Shown: in pieces, positions 49,027-62,390 of the stretch | Numbering within the stretch: position 1 is the first letter of the stretch | Layout: every line of letters starts with the position of its first letter | Source: Lingula anatina | Lineage: Eukaryota > Animalia > Brachiopoda | Assembly (NCBI GenBank): GCA_051362555.1 | Contig: CM120645.1 | Coordinates: forward strand, 19,716,001 to 19,780,000 | DNA length: 64,000 bases | Direction of reading: 5' to 3' | The notes under the pieces: model-generated | What the model was told of the DNA's origin: nothing | Database searches by the model: none | What the model saw: only the letters and a program-made list of their open reading frames with translations | Made by a program: the position numbers and the translations under genes

Positions 49027-52000
49027 ATGGATTTTATCAAAGCTGAAATCGAAAGGAAAAAGAGACAATTGGAAAACAAAGAACTTGTGGTGAGTATTTA
49101 TTTGGTCCTGTATTTTGTAAATTGAGGACGTTGAAATTTGTAGATCAACCCCCCCCCCCTTTAAAAAATCTATCAGCTAACAAGGTAGACTAAAGCCATT
49201 GCCATTCATTTGGTTTAGCTAATCAAAAAAACATGAATTATTCAGTAGTGCATTCCATTAGAACCCTTTATCAAGGTTTATAAATCTGTTTGTTGATGCA
49301 TGAGTGTGTAATAATTTTTATGTGAAAGAGTCTTACAATGATGTCATTTGATAACAAATCCCAATAAAGTCTCTACTTTGATAAATTAAATTTCATTGAA
49401 AGACTTCAGAGAAGAAATACTTCAAGCGTGGAGAACTTGCTGCCAAGGAAGCAGAAGAATACTGGAAAAAACACCAAAGGTTGCTGCCAGGCTCCAGTAG
49501 GGGAAGTGACCAGGTACAGTATATGATAGTCACAAAGACCCCATTCCCAGGGATTAGATTGATCCAACTAGATGGCCACTCGATTGTACATGTGTGTTGT
49601 GTGTTGTGCATGTGGTGCTATTCTACAGTGCTGCTAGATAAACCTGCATGTGTGTACTCTTTGGGCGCATTCCCATAGATTTAAGATCAATCTATCCCCG
49701 TGGGAAGTCTCACTAGATTACTTTCAGATCATCCGACTTAAATGTCCGTCCAGCCTACTACAAGCTGTAAGGGGGTAATTAACTTTCGTGTCCGCCCGGC
49801 TGACAGCTATTTAGCGTGAACCCCCAGGGAGTTAGGTCGATCTAAAGTAGGTCGATCTAATCTATGGAAATGGGGTGTTAGATGTATAGACATAGGATTT
49901 TAGAACTGATGATGTGAATGAACAGGAAAAAAAGTTCATTTTATGCACATTTATATAGCATCCATGTGACAAGACCATGAATCTTTTAATTAAAACTTTG
50001 TTGAATATAGTATATTCTTGTAGCAAAATTGATAGTAACTTAAAATGGCACTTTTCAGAACAATGACTCTGAAGGGAATGCAGGAAAGAGTGACCTGTCA
50101 CCTGAAAAAGACAAGACATTCATTTTACCCAGAAAAGAGGTAAGTTTAAAAAATCAAAAACACAAGAGCAGAGAGAAGAAACTGGTTTTACAAAAGAATT
50201 TAAGACTAAAATTTCAGTTACACTGCAGTTCAGAAATTTGTAGTACCTAGTTAAAGTGCCCTAATATAGAGAAACTTTGGGTTATTACACTAGTCATTTC
50301 TTTCTTTTTACAAAATGAGTGCAAAGTTTCATTTATTTGAACTAATCTTAGAAAAGACAAAAAAAAAGTTTGGTCTAAAGGTAAAAGCCAAGTTTAGGCA
50401 TTGAGTTCTCATGTGAATGGTATAGGATATTTCCACATTTATTGATAACACATTTCTAGCTGATTTATTGTAGAGCATGCCAAAGATTAAATTTACTTTG
50501 CATTTAATATTACGCCTAAGTGCTTGGTGAATATATTATCCTTATTGCTGAGAGGTTGTTTCACATTAAAAATAATAAGCTTATTTATGCTATTTGTTGT
50601 CGACTAGATAGATATGCTTAGCCAAATTCTTTAATAAATTGATCACTTGTGTGCTTTCAGGTAATCAGACGACTGCGTGAGAGAGTGGAGCCAATAATGC
50701 TGTTTGGAGAGACAGAATATGAGGCATATCAGAGACTACGAAAACTGGAAATTTTAGAACCTGATGTAAATAAGGTGGGTTCATTTAACATAATAGCAAG
50801 GCATTAAGATGAGGTGTTGACGCAGATTTAAATCTGTATGTATACAGTCTTGAATAAAATTACATACAGTGACCTTGACCTTGACCTTGACCTTTCAGGG
50901 TTACAAGAATGACCTCAAAGCTGCTATGGACAAAGTGGACAGTGACTACCTGCAGGAGATCCTGAAATCTGGCGGAGACGACGACAAGAAGAGTAACGAT
51001 GTCAAAGTCATGCAGGTGGAGATCACAGGAGATGATTTCAAAGTAAGGGGATAAATGGCGATATGAATTGAGCAGGTATTTTTCTGAGGTCAACTATATA
51101 GTTCCATGTAACTAGTGAGTTGAAAAGTTGAAGGTGCAATCTGCTCCAAAATGTCAAAGTACTTCAATTTTTTAAAGATAAACTGTTTAATTCTTCAAAA
51201 GAGATTAATTTCACAGTATTTATATTTTTATAATTTATTATTTATGTTCACACTAATTAGATTACCGTTTTGGCTATTTGAAAACATGGCAGTGTAATTC
51301 TAGGATTGTTTGATTCATGTTCTTGAAAAAATGATTTTAAACAAGAATATTTTAGTGTAATAAAGTATTTAAAAAACTAGTAAAAAAATACCAAAGGTCC
51401 TTATATCATCACTCATTGACAAATCACTTTTTATTTTGTTTTTATTTTTTTAGAAAATGCGTGAAGAATTGGAAACATGTAATCATGAAAAAGCACAAGG
51501 AATACTGCTTGAGTATTTGCAGGTCAGTTGGTTTAGGTTAAAAAGAATTATGATGGGAAACAACTTGAAGACAAACTAAACTTGTAAGGATTTGTTGTAA
51601 AGACAATAGTATTTATATAAATCTCAGTCCCTTATGGATAGATGCATAGATGGGATACATCTACATTATGTATGTATTTGTTATATTAATTACTGGTAAT
51701 AACTTTAAAGTTTTAAATTATATAAAATAAAATTTATTGAGAACAGACATTCAAACTAGGCTGACTGATTTTGCAGTACATCTTGTATCTATGGGGCACA
51801 GATCTCAATAACAGGCCAGAAGAAGAGAAACGCTCTACCAGGGGAAAACTGGCCAGCGCCACACACTCACAAACTGTGAGTTATCTGAAACCTTTATTCC
51901 GGAAACTTAAACAAAGGGTAAGTATCATAACTTGGGACAAAATTTTATAAGAGTAAGTGATTTTCACCACCAAAACGGTACTATGTACAAGATCTTAGTA

Positions 52001-53262
52001 CCGTGAACAGCCAATAGAAGACCCTATTCAGTTATTTATAAAGCTGGTTTTATTCATATTTTTCAGATGGAACATTTCATCTTTATGTGTTTGACAAACA
52101 TTAAATTCATATACATGAGAGAATTTTTCAGGCAATTACCACTTTAAATTACCAAGAAAACTCCATGTAATTTTTCATGCAAAGTGTACTGCAAGAAGCT
52201 TCACCAGGTCAATATAAACGTTAATTGTTGTTAGCATTTGTGTTTGATTTCTGCTTGTAAAATTAACATATACGATGTCATTTTCAGCGTATGCAGACAG
52301 ATATCCTAGAATGTTTGATTGAAATCACAAAGTTTCTGTTGGAACGGGATTATATAAGGGTAAGCAAGGATGTGACCTTTGACTGCGTGGTTGTGTTTGT
52401 GCACTCAGCCATCCAAGGTTAATCTAAGCCTTATAAATGTAGACTAATTGTAAAACAAACCACTTATTATATTAAGGTAGTCTAAGCTGTACAACCATGT
52501 TAACCACGAAGAGTTGGAAAATTTCAAATCGGAAGAGAACTTATAGCATGGCATTGTTCAATTGTCTGATAAGCATACTATCAGATTTAGTTTTTTTTTA
52601 ATATTAAAGTATTTGATTTCTGAGTGTTATCCTATCTTGTACTCTCCAGGCCAGTGACCACTACTATGAGATGGCCATTGGAAATGCTCCCTGGCCAGTC
52701 GGAGTGACCATGGTGGGCATTCACGCCCGTACTGGACGTGAGAAGATCTCATCAAGATTCGTAGCGCACGTGTTGAACGATGAGACACAGCGGAAGTACA
52801 TTCAGGTATGGAGAGAAAAGGTGGCAATCATGTTCTTATGTGGGGGACTTGCTGGATGAAATAGTTTTATTGGTTGTATGATTTTATGTGTTTAAAATGT
52901 AAACAAAAATCAAATTATGTTTCTGCAGCTGAGATTAATTCATATTTACTAGGCAAAAACAAACATTTTGCTGTCATCCCATAAGATGAGACTTAAATAG
53001 ACAAATTATTAAAGAGCAAATTATCTGAACTCTGTATTGAATTTTGAAAAAAGATTTTCTTTAATATATATTGATGCATAATTTACCAGTCAGTTGTCAA
53101 TGAAAGATGGCTAATGTCACAGACTGCTGTGATTTGTGATGTAATAAATAGATGTGATATATCAAATTCCAGGCACTGAAGCGACTCATGACATATTGCC
53201 AGAGGTTCTTCCCAACAGACCCATCAAGAATGGTAGACTATGAAAAATCTTATCACCAATAG
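49027..53262 (+). CDS. PRPF18: Pre-mRNA-splicing factor 18, 10 coding exons
   Basis: [83 protein letters not shown]|ALKRLMT, FPTDPSR...HQ*. Confidence 0.97.
49663..49877 (+). mobile_element. 215-bp MITE, family A
   Basis: Aligns along its full length with 6399-6613. Confidence 0.85.
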
Positions 53263-55291
53263 ATTCTATGGAAGCTGAATCACCTGAAGGGTTGAAAAAA
53301 TTTAATAGCTTTTTTGGTGTAGTGTTCTTCAAGATTCAATGTCTTCTCCCATGGGATAATCACCAAGGAGATGCCAGAGATGTTTGAATGAATCTTGGGA
53401 GACACCTCAGAGATTTAAAATTCCTGTTTGTGATATCAATGTGTAATGGTGGTGTACAACATGGGGGGTTCTTGCAACATGCATTTCACGGAGAAAAAAA
53501 TAATGGTTGACAAGGCCTCCCTTTCCAGGAAGTGCAAGACCCCAAAGAATTAGTTGAAAAATACTACTGCCACCAGAGGGTAGCACCTGGCAGTCTCTAT
53601 TATAACATTAAAAGGTGTTACAAAGACGGTGCACATTAAACTGGAAACTTGCAGGTTACCTCATGAAGAAATTAGTAATTTTTAGATGCTACAAAAACAA
53701 AATGAACTTCTTAGACTGTAATTTTAGCAATTTCCAGTTGCATCCCAAGATATGTATAGTATTGAGTAAAACACATGTTAATAACAATACTTTTCTATCC
53801 ATAAATGAACTATTTGTTTGAATTCTTTTTACAGATAGTGTGCAGATATCTAGACTGACTTTGTGAGATTTTAAAGCTTGGTGAGAAATGTTGACATCTG
53901 TTGCACTCAGAAAAATCTTTAATTCGTTTTAGCATTTTAAATGCCAGGTCTGGAAAGCTTACAATCTTTACATATTCAGATAAGAAAGACTTGCACTGGG
54001 ACATTTTCTAATGTGTATTAAAGACCATTTATAAGTGACATCACGAGATAGCTTATTCTCATTTGTAATAGACCACGTTGTCATAAGAGTGTCCGATTCT
54101 TTTCAAAAGATTCACTACACTTATAAACCCATGTCAATGAAATTAAAAAAGAAAAGAAAGGATGAGCAGCTTGTTAAAAACGTAAGCATACGTCCATGGG
54201 ATCAACTGAAAAAAGTAAGGAGGACACTTGTACCAGGTAGCTTAATTTAGGAAAATACCAATTTATTATACAGTAAAAACATTTCACTATAAATTGTACA
54301 GTACACAAGTTAAAATTTACAAAACAAAGGTAATAAAAATTTCAAATCAAATGATGGGAAAGTAAAATGGGAAAAAAATACCTTTGTGTCAATTAATTCA
54401 AATTAAATTAGTTTTTACCTGAACATGAAGTGCAGGCAGCTTATATCTCAATCTGTTTATCTTGACTAAAAATCTGGACGGAAATCTTAGTTTGAAACTT
54501 TTCAAGTAAATCCTCGTTTGCTATACATTAACAATATGGTTGGTAACAAATATTTAAGTACATAATACTTTGAGAAAACTTGACACCTGCTTAAAGGAGA
54601 GGACAAAAAAAAAAAAAAATACAATTCACAAAAAGTTTTGGATGGAATACAAGTTTTGAGCAGCTTCCAATACAAGCTGCTATCAATAGATGAGATTCCT
54701 CTCAACAAAATTCTCAAGATACGCAACAAGGGGTTTTCCAGACACATCTATATCACATAATCGTGGAATTTGGCAAAAAGAAAAATAATAATTACATAGA
54801 TAAAATAAAGATTCCTCTGCATCATGGAAACAGCCTTGGATAACACTACATCACAGCAAAATGTTTTGTTAAAATTGATTGCACTGCTTTCTAGCAGCAT
54901 TAGAATATTTGTGAACAAATAATTTGACTTAGTGGAGCCAGTTGTGATATGTGTTCCACTGCATTCAACAGAGAAGCATGTAACCAAGAGGTTTGTAGAA
55001 TTTATAAACATCCTGTGTCAGGAACTGTACAAATGACAGTTCAATAAAGTCTAAGACTTACAACAATGAAATCAGACATACAATATCAATTCCATTTATC
55101 CTGGAACTCAAACAATAAAATATACCATAATATATATATATATACTCTTTTCTTTAATTCATATATACATCTGTGCAACTCTCCCAGCCGCCTTGATTCC
55201 TATTTTTGCACTTTGTTAAGTTAGAGGCAACTTTCTCAAAGTCTGACTGGTTTTCATTATCAACGATGTCTTATGCAGTGACCTTCTTTCC

Positions 55292-58200
55292 TCAATCTTC
55301 TACAGGTTTTCGACAGAAAGGACAATGGCCTTTTTGTAGTACTAGCAGCTCATAGTCATCTGTATGGAACAACTGAAAAACAAAAAGTTTTTAAAGTTGA
55401 ATTTCAGTCAAGCCTGTTCCAAGGCACAAAGTCATAATATCACCATAGTGTCCTTATAAAATGATTTATGTAGGCACTTCAAGGTGGAGGATACTTGGTT
55501 GTTAAACATCTTTATTGAGAGAGAGAGAGAGAGAGAGTGAGTGAGTGAATAAGAGAGGGAGGGAGGAGATTGGTCTTCAAAACCTTTTCATTACAATTTA
55601 GTGCACACAAAGTAAACATTAACCTGACACCACATAAAATAGCACCTGGAGAGTTTTTTTTTATTTTTTAGACATGTCTGCTACAAATATAAGACTGGTT
55701 TAATCAGTAAATGAAGAAATTACAACACAAAATGAACAATTTTGGTGATGGACATGTCAAGAAACCTAAGTTTCACACCACAAACCTACCTTATTACAAG
55801 ATGAACATTTGGTAATGGACACATCTGGCATCAGAGATCTAAAGAACTGGTAGCGGAGAGGTTTTGGCCACTCCAGGACCACCACGTCCCTCTTGGACAT
55901 GGACTGAAGGACGCTCTTGTTGACTACCACTGGTACGAACTCCTGCCCTCCTTGCTGCAATGACAATGATATCATACAGAATAAGAAAAACAGAGACGCA
56001 GCCAACTACTGCATAGGTACCACCACAGATACAACCCCCCCCCCCTTGCTGGAATGACAATGATATCATATAGAATAAAAAAATAAGAGGATAAGAGAGA
56101 TGAAGCCAACTCCTGGATATGTACCAACACTGGTACAAACTCCTGCCCTCCTTGCTGGAATGAAAATGAAGTTGAATAAGACCTTTAGTATCTTGAAATA
56201 AATTTTTCTTGCATGGTAACGGCACCAAATTAGCATTTCCTGGCTACCACCATCTGACTTTTTTTGTCTATATGTCTTTTGCAAACCTCTGTTACATGCA
56301 ACATACCTCAAATGACATCAACCTCTGGGTAAAAGGATCTTCATCATCATCTTCAGGATCATCGTCCAGTCGCAAGGCCTCGGAATCTTACATGTGAGTT
56401 AAAGATTTTACTGGTGATGCAAATTACAACTTATTAAAACATAAGGGTGCTTAATAATATATTTGTAATAAAATATTAAGAGTATTAACTACAGAACCAC
56501 AATAAGTCTATGTCAATATTTCTTCCCCCTTGTATGCTTTTGCCTAACTTATATCCTGAAAGTGTTATGTTATTTTATGATTTTTTTTTTTGAAAAGTGA
56601 ATTGATCAAATCAACATGTGATATACTTTATTTCTATAGCTATATTATCTATAATTTTCCATTCATTCCATGCAATATTTTATTTTCTTTGTGAATTCAA
56701 GGATACTGCCCATTCTACTTTCTTGCCAGCTGTCTTCCTTCTTCTTCCTCCTGAATACTCCTGTGCCGATCATCTGGACAGCTTCCTCGTCTGTGATGCC
56801 ATCCTCCAGAATAAACTCTACCAGAGGCAGGACCTCTGTAATAGAAAATAAAAACAAAATATCATCTCAGATGCCATCTTCTGAGATAAACTTTACCAAA
56901 GGTAGGACTTCTTTAAGAGAACACAAGATACAAGGTTTAGGTGTTATAAGATTGCTTTATGAAAATGATTTTTCTTTTAAACTCTGGTATTAAAATTTAA
57001 TAACTTTATATGACAGCATTAGGCTGAAGGCGGCTTCAACCTGTGATCTACTCACCAAATGACACAAAGGAATGAACAAAAGTCTGTTTGCAGTTTATAC
57101 AGTGGTTGCCATGGTTATTGAGCAGAGGGTTGGTTGTAGAGCAACGGTAACACATTGGCAGTAGCTCCTGAAACATGAAACAAATCCAAAATTTTAATTT
57201 GTTAAAACAGAAATATAAATTTACACACACTGTCACAGAATAAATTCATTAAATACACAAATGAAATATATGCTGCTTCAAGACATACAGTGAGTTCTGG
57301 GCCTTTACAAAGCTAAAAAAAATTGGTGAAAATTTCGAGATGTTTCTCTTTATCAACATTTTATCAAAGACCATTGAAACAAATTATGGTCTTTAAACTC
57401 ATTCTTGAATTCCAAATTTTAAAATATTTTTTTTAACAGAGATAAAGACTGGTGAACTCCACTTGCAACAATTAAAACATATAGAAAACTTGAAAATGGG
57501 TTTGTAGATTCCAATATTTTGCTACAAAAAGGTATATAGTGCGCTGATTGCTATAAACCATTTCTTACTCACCTCAGCATCATGGAAAGGTTTCGATCTG
57601 ATTGTCACGCTGCCCAGGTCAATGGACTCCTGGAATCGACTAGGAATTCTCAGAGCCTGAAGTTTTTCAAAGGCATACCTGGCCACCTTGAAAGCCCCCA
57701 GTGACTTGCTCTGCTTGGCTAGGGCATAGAGGGCAGCACTGAGGTTGACAGTCAAGAAAAGATAACCTGAAGGTTTTACTTGAAAAATATTTAAGCACTT
57801 TCCTAGCTTAGATTTTTCTAGACACAAAAGATTTTTGCATTACACTATCAATCCCTACATTTCAATATCTTTCAGCATAGCAGATTTTTCACAAAATCTT
57901 AGGTCAGTTACCCGACTTAGTTGGCTAGGATTTTCATGAAAGTGCTATAACACTGTTCCTGATAGGGTGAGATGTGTGGATGTGACCATGTAACGTTGAT
58001 AACCAAGTTCTTAGTCAGGGAAGCTGACTTAAGTTATTTTGTGAAATGGGTGCCAGTACATTATTCTACTAATGTTAGTAGTAAAGGATACACCTTGGAG
58101 ACCCCGTGCGGCATCCCATCTATCATGCAGTGTAGCAGGTAGCGGGACATGTTGAACAGAGCTTCTGGGAGATGGGACGTGAACGGCTCGTCCTGGAAAT

Positions 58201-61200
58201 TACAATAACAATACAAGCACTTGGCAGTATGTATTTAAATATGTAAACTCAATGTTACACATGAACATTTGTTTGGTTTTTCTTGAAGCACAGTAATGTT
58301 ATTATATTAGGATATGAATTGTCACTGCAAAAGGAGGACAATCAATTCACTGCCTTCAGTTACTTACTGTATATCTTTGAATGGAATGGTAGACATAGTA
58401 CATGTCAGCTTTCCTCTGAAAGTCATGAAATTTCTGAAGCATTTCCCCTCTCTTTTCTGGCTCTTCTGTAAATAAATATATAACTAAAAATATAATGTAC
58501 AATAAAATGACAACAATTATTTCTTGAATATTTATAGTGTAAACATTCACTAGGCTGTCTTATTACAATAAATGACCGATTCATATAGCATGTAAAGCTC
58601 ATCTATACTGTAGAAAAAGTTATAATTTCAGTTTATTGATGGGGATGAATGCAGTATCTCAAAGCTGTGTAGTAAAAATAGTTTTCTTTTCATCAAAATG
58701 TCAGATTTCACTACACACACAAGCAGCTACACATGAACAAACACCCACACACAGCTTAAAATGAAACTCACAAAAGGAAATGACCTATTTACCAAAATAA
58801 ATCATTTAAAAATAAAAACTATGAGTAAAAAATAAGGCCTGATGCAAAGACGCATAGAAAGCAAGAAACCGCTGAAAATAATATCAAGTACTTGCAGTTC
58901 CATAGCATCAAGTATATAAACTAAGTAAGCGTATAACTGGAGACTAGAAATTGATTGAATTTTATTGAGCAGACAAAAAGACAGAAAGAAACTCTGTTGA
59001 GAACAATTCTTCCTACCTCCAGCTATGTCCAGACACTGCATTGACAGCTTCCAGAAGTAGTACCCAGCATCATTGAACCTGTTCTCACACACGGCATTGT
59101 GGGTAAGCTGCTCCAACACTCTGACTGCCTCCCCCTGCATACCTGCCTTATGGAATGCTGTGAGAAGAAAACATAGACATTTTACAACTTTCACACTTTT
59201 TGTCTCAAAAATCAATTAAATTTGATCAATTATAAGAGATTATAAGAAAAATCAGGTGGAGTTTTATTTATTTTTTTGTCTCTAACCTCTAAGCCAGTCC
59301 TGCCTGTTAACCAATTATAATACATAAAGATAAAACTTATGAGCCATTAACACAAAAATCTCAACTGTTCTGACACGACAAGTTATGTCAAGACAAGTCA
59401 CACTATAAGATGAAATGTCTATGAGATGCATACCTTGCTGTGCTTCCTCAAACCTATCGTTCTCTGCCAGCCACTGTGCATATGGAATGTACACGTCATT
59501 TCTGAACTCTGGGTGCTTCTCCACTAGTGCAAATGCCTGAGAGAAAATTAACAAAATAAATGCAGATGGACAAGATTCTGCACATGATAATTCATGTTTA
59601 TATCTAAAGTACTTTTAATGATTGATAGACAAAAAAGTATATCTGAATAAACAGGCGTATAGAACCAAAAGGAAACACAATTTAATGTTCATTTACAAAT
59701 ACACAGTCGTATAAAAGTGTCAGACACATGCAGTCACCAACATTTGCGAATCCACACACACACATGCATCAACATGCACATACTGCACCCACAGCCTCTC
59801 CCAGCATAACACACATCCCACCTCTGTCATACATACACATATACAAACACACATGCACATGTACCTCATCCCAGTGTCTAGCCTCCACGTGTAGCTCCAT
59901 CAAGGCCTTGGAGTCCCCCATCTTGTGGTAACACTCCGCGGCATAGGCATACTGCTCCATCTTCTTCAGGTAGTCTGCGCACAAGAGCAGAGCCTGGCGG
60001 TCAGCCTTGTCCAGCTTCCTGGCCACGTCTATCATCCTGGGGAATGGGAACATGTATTTCTTATTAACATATCAGCTTTGAACATGCATTATTTAATCGA
60101 CTGCTGGCTCTGAATGTGAATTTTCAATAGTTGGTTTTGCAAGTGCAGCTGAAGTATGTTTTTTGGTCAGATAATAATTAATTCTTCTATGGTGTATTTC
60201 ATAAAACATTAATGTTTTTCACAAAAATTAATAAAATTTTAAAAGATTACCAAAACTTAAAAAAGACTAGGCTTTTGAAATAAATTGAAACACAATACAT
60301 ACATGTCTGCCCATCCGTTGTCTCCAATGATATCAATGGCTTTGAGGTACTCGCCAGCAGAGATGTACATCTCGGCAGCAGCCTTGGGTTCATTGATGTT
60401 CTTGGCCCAGTCTGCCTGCTTCGTGATCAACATCTTCCTGTCTGCAGGGTCTCCAGAGCCTACAAACTCCTGTGTGGGGAGAAATAATAGGATGCATTAT
60501 ACAAAAATAAGCAAATAAATAATCAAACAAATGATCAAATAAACAAATAACAAGCTCCTGCAAGAGGTGGCATTATAAATGAGCCAACAACTTCTACAAA
60601 GAAAAGACCCTACATTACATAAAAATAAGCTTATACATAAAAATGTACACAAGTAGTGTTAATGGAAAATATGTACACATTTCACAAATAGATCCCACTT
60701 AAAACTGTTTTATCACACTGGTAGAAATGAGGGATTCTTATTTGCTCACTTAGAGACGGTCTTTACACAAAAACCATGTGATTACCTTGGCATACTCAAA
60801 CATCCTCAGATCAGTATACATGTTCATGGCCTTGCCCTCCTGCCCTGCTCTCTTATACAGTTTGGCGGCCTCTCCAAATTTGCCTTGGTAAGCATAGAAG
60901 TCAGCAAGGAACAGGTGGTTGTCTGTCTCCCCACGCCTGCGCCTCTCCTGAAACGAATGTATCTCTATTAAAAAACTGAAGTTTGTGGTTAAATAAGATT
61001 CCACCCATTATTCCATGCATCAATTCCAAATTCAATTCCATATTTATTCTGTTCACTGAACCAGATAATATTTATCTCTTTGCTGTTGTCTGCAGATATG
61101 CACACAAAAATTGGCGTAACTCAAAATCTGTATAAATGCTCACTTGATATGATCATTTTTGTATCATGGCTTCGGATGATGCTATGGTCATGTCATTTCA

Positions 61201-62390
61201 ATTCAATAATACAATAAAATGTGAAACAACCAAATTTTTGTTCATAAATAAATAAATGATCAAACAAAACAAACAAACAATCAAATAAATAAACAAACCC
61301 AAACTAACCTCAATGCTGTGAAGCAGCTCTAAATATCTCAGCTCCCTGACCCTGATGAAGGCTTTCTTGGCCGTATCAAAATCCAACCCCTCCATTGCCT
61401 CGTGGGCCAGAGCTGCCCAGTCCTGGTCAGTTACACCCAGGCAGGCCACATCATACGCCTGCCTGAAATTGGGTAAGAAATATCCCTGTTAAAAAGATAC
61501 TTGTTATCCTGAAGGTCATGAGAAATGCCCCCTTTTTTAAAAAGCAATTAATTGTAAGCCAAAATATGCTTCGTATTGATTTCTGTGACACCAAGGCATG
61601 CAACACTGTATACACCTGCCAGGAATATGAATAGAAGTCCCCATTCAAAAGATCCTAAGGCTTCGTTCACATGGAAAGTCTATTTTCTAAAAATCTATTT
61701 TCTATTCGCAGTATCTTATGATCACGGTATGTGCCCTGAATATCCCGCGGCATAATTACTGGCAGCACGAGCCAGTTACTTACAGTAACTTATAGTAACT
61801 GGCTTGCGCTGAAAGTAATTAAGCTGGGGGATATTCAGGGCACATACCGTGATCACAAGATATACCGCAAATAGAAAATAGATTTTTAGAAAATAGACTT
61901 TCCATGTGAACAAAGCCTAATATCTCAGGGTTACGAAAAATGTCCTTTTTGAAATTCAACAACCAGCAAGATGTACATGACGTCCACTCACACACATGTA
62001 TATCTCGTAAATCTCTCATTGACTCATGATGTATACATATCATACATTCTTGGACCCCATTTCCAGAGATTAGATCGATCTACTTTAGATCGACCTAACT
62101 CCCTGGGGGTTCACGCTAAATAGCTGTCAGCCGGGCAGACACGAAAGTTAATTACCCCCTTACAGCTTGTAGTAGGCGGGACAGACATTTAAGCCGGATT
62201 ATTTGACAGTAATCTAGTGAGACTCCCCGCGGGGATAGATCGATCTAAAAGCTCTGGGAATACAGCCTTACTTGAAGAGTTTCTTCTCCAGATATTGGTA
62301 CATAGGTGCAGACTGGGGCACCTCCACTGATGACATGGCATACACATGGAGGCAGAAGATTTTGGACCCACTGAAACCCACGACAAAACC
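55292..62390 (-). CDS. IFT122: Intraflagellar transport protein 122, 3' portion (15 exons visible; 5' part lies beyond the window end)
   Basis: [119 protein letters not shown]. Confidence 0.97.
56387..56706 (-). other. IFT122: U12-type (minor spliceosome) GT-AG intron in IFT122
   Basis: Donor GTATCCTTG, branch TCTTTAAC about 11 nt before an AAG acceptor, no polypyrimidine tract. Reading frame MG-N-SEALRLD is preserved. Confidence 0.85.
57739..58091 (-). other. IFT122: U12-type GT-AG intron in IFT122
   Basis: Donor GTATCCTTT, branch TTCTTGAC about 12 nt before the CAG acceptor. Frame VSK-V-AALY is preserved. Confidence 0.88.
61659..61917. mobile_element. 259-bp fold-back MITE, family B, full copy with TAA TSD (Tourist-like)
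   Basis: taa|GGCTTCGTTCACATG...CATGTGAACAAAGCC|taa, palindromic over almost its whole length. Confidence 0.92.
62053..62267 (-). mobile_element. 215-bp MITE, family A, inverted
   Basis: Reverse complement of 6399-6613. Abuts the IFT122 donor at 62271. Confidence 0.88.
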
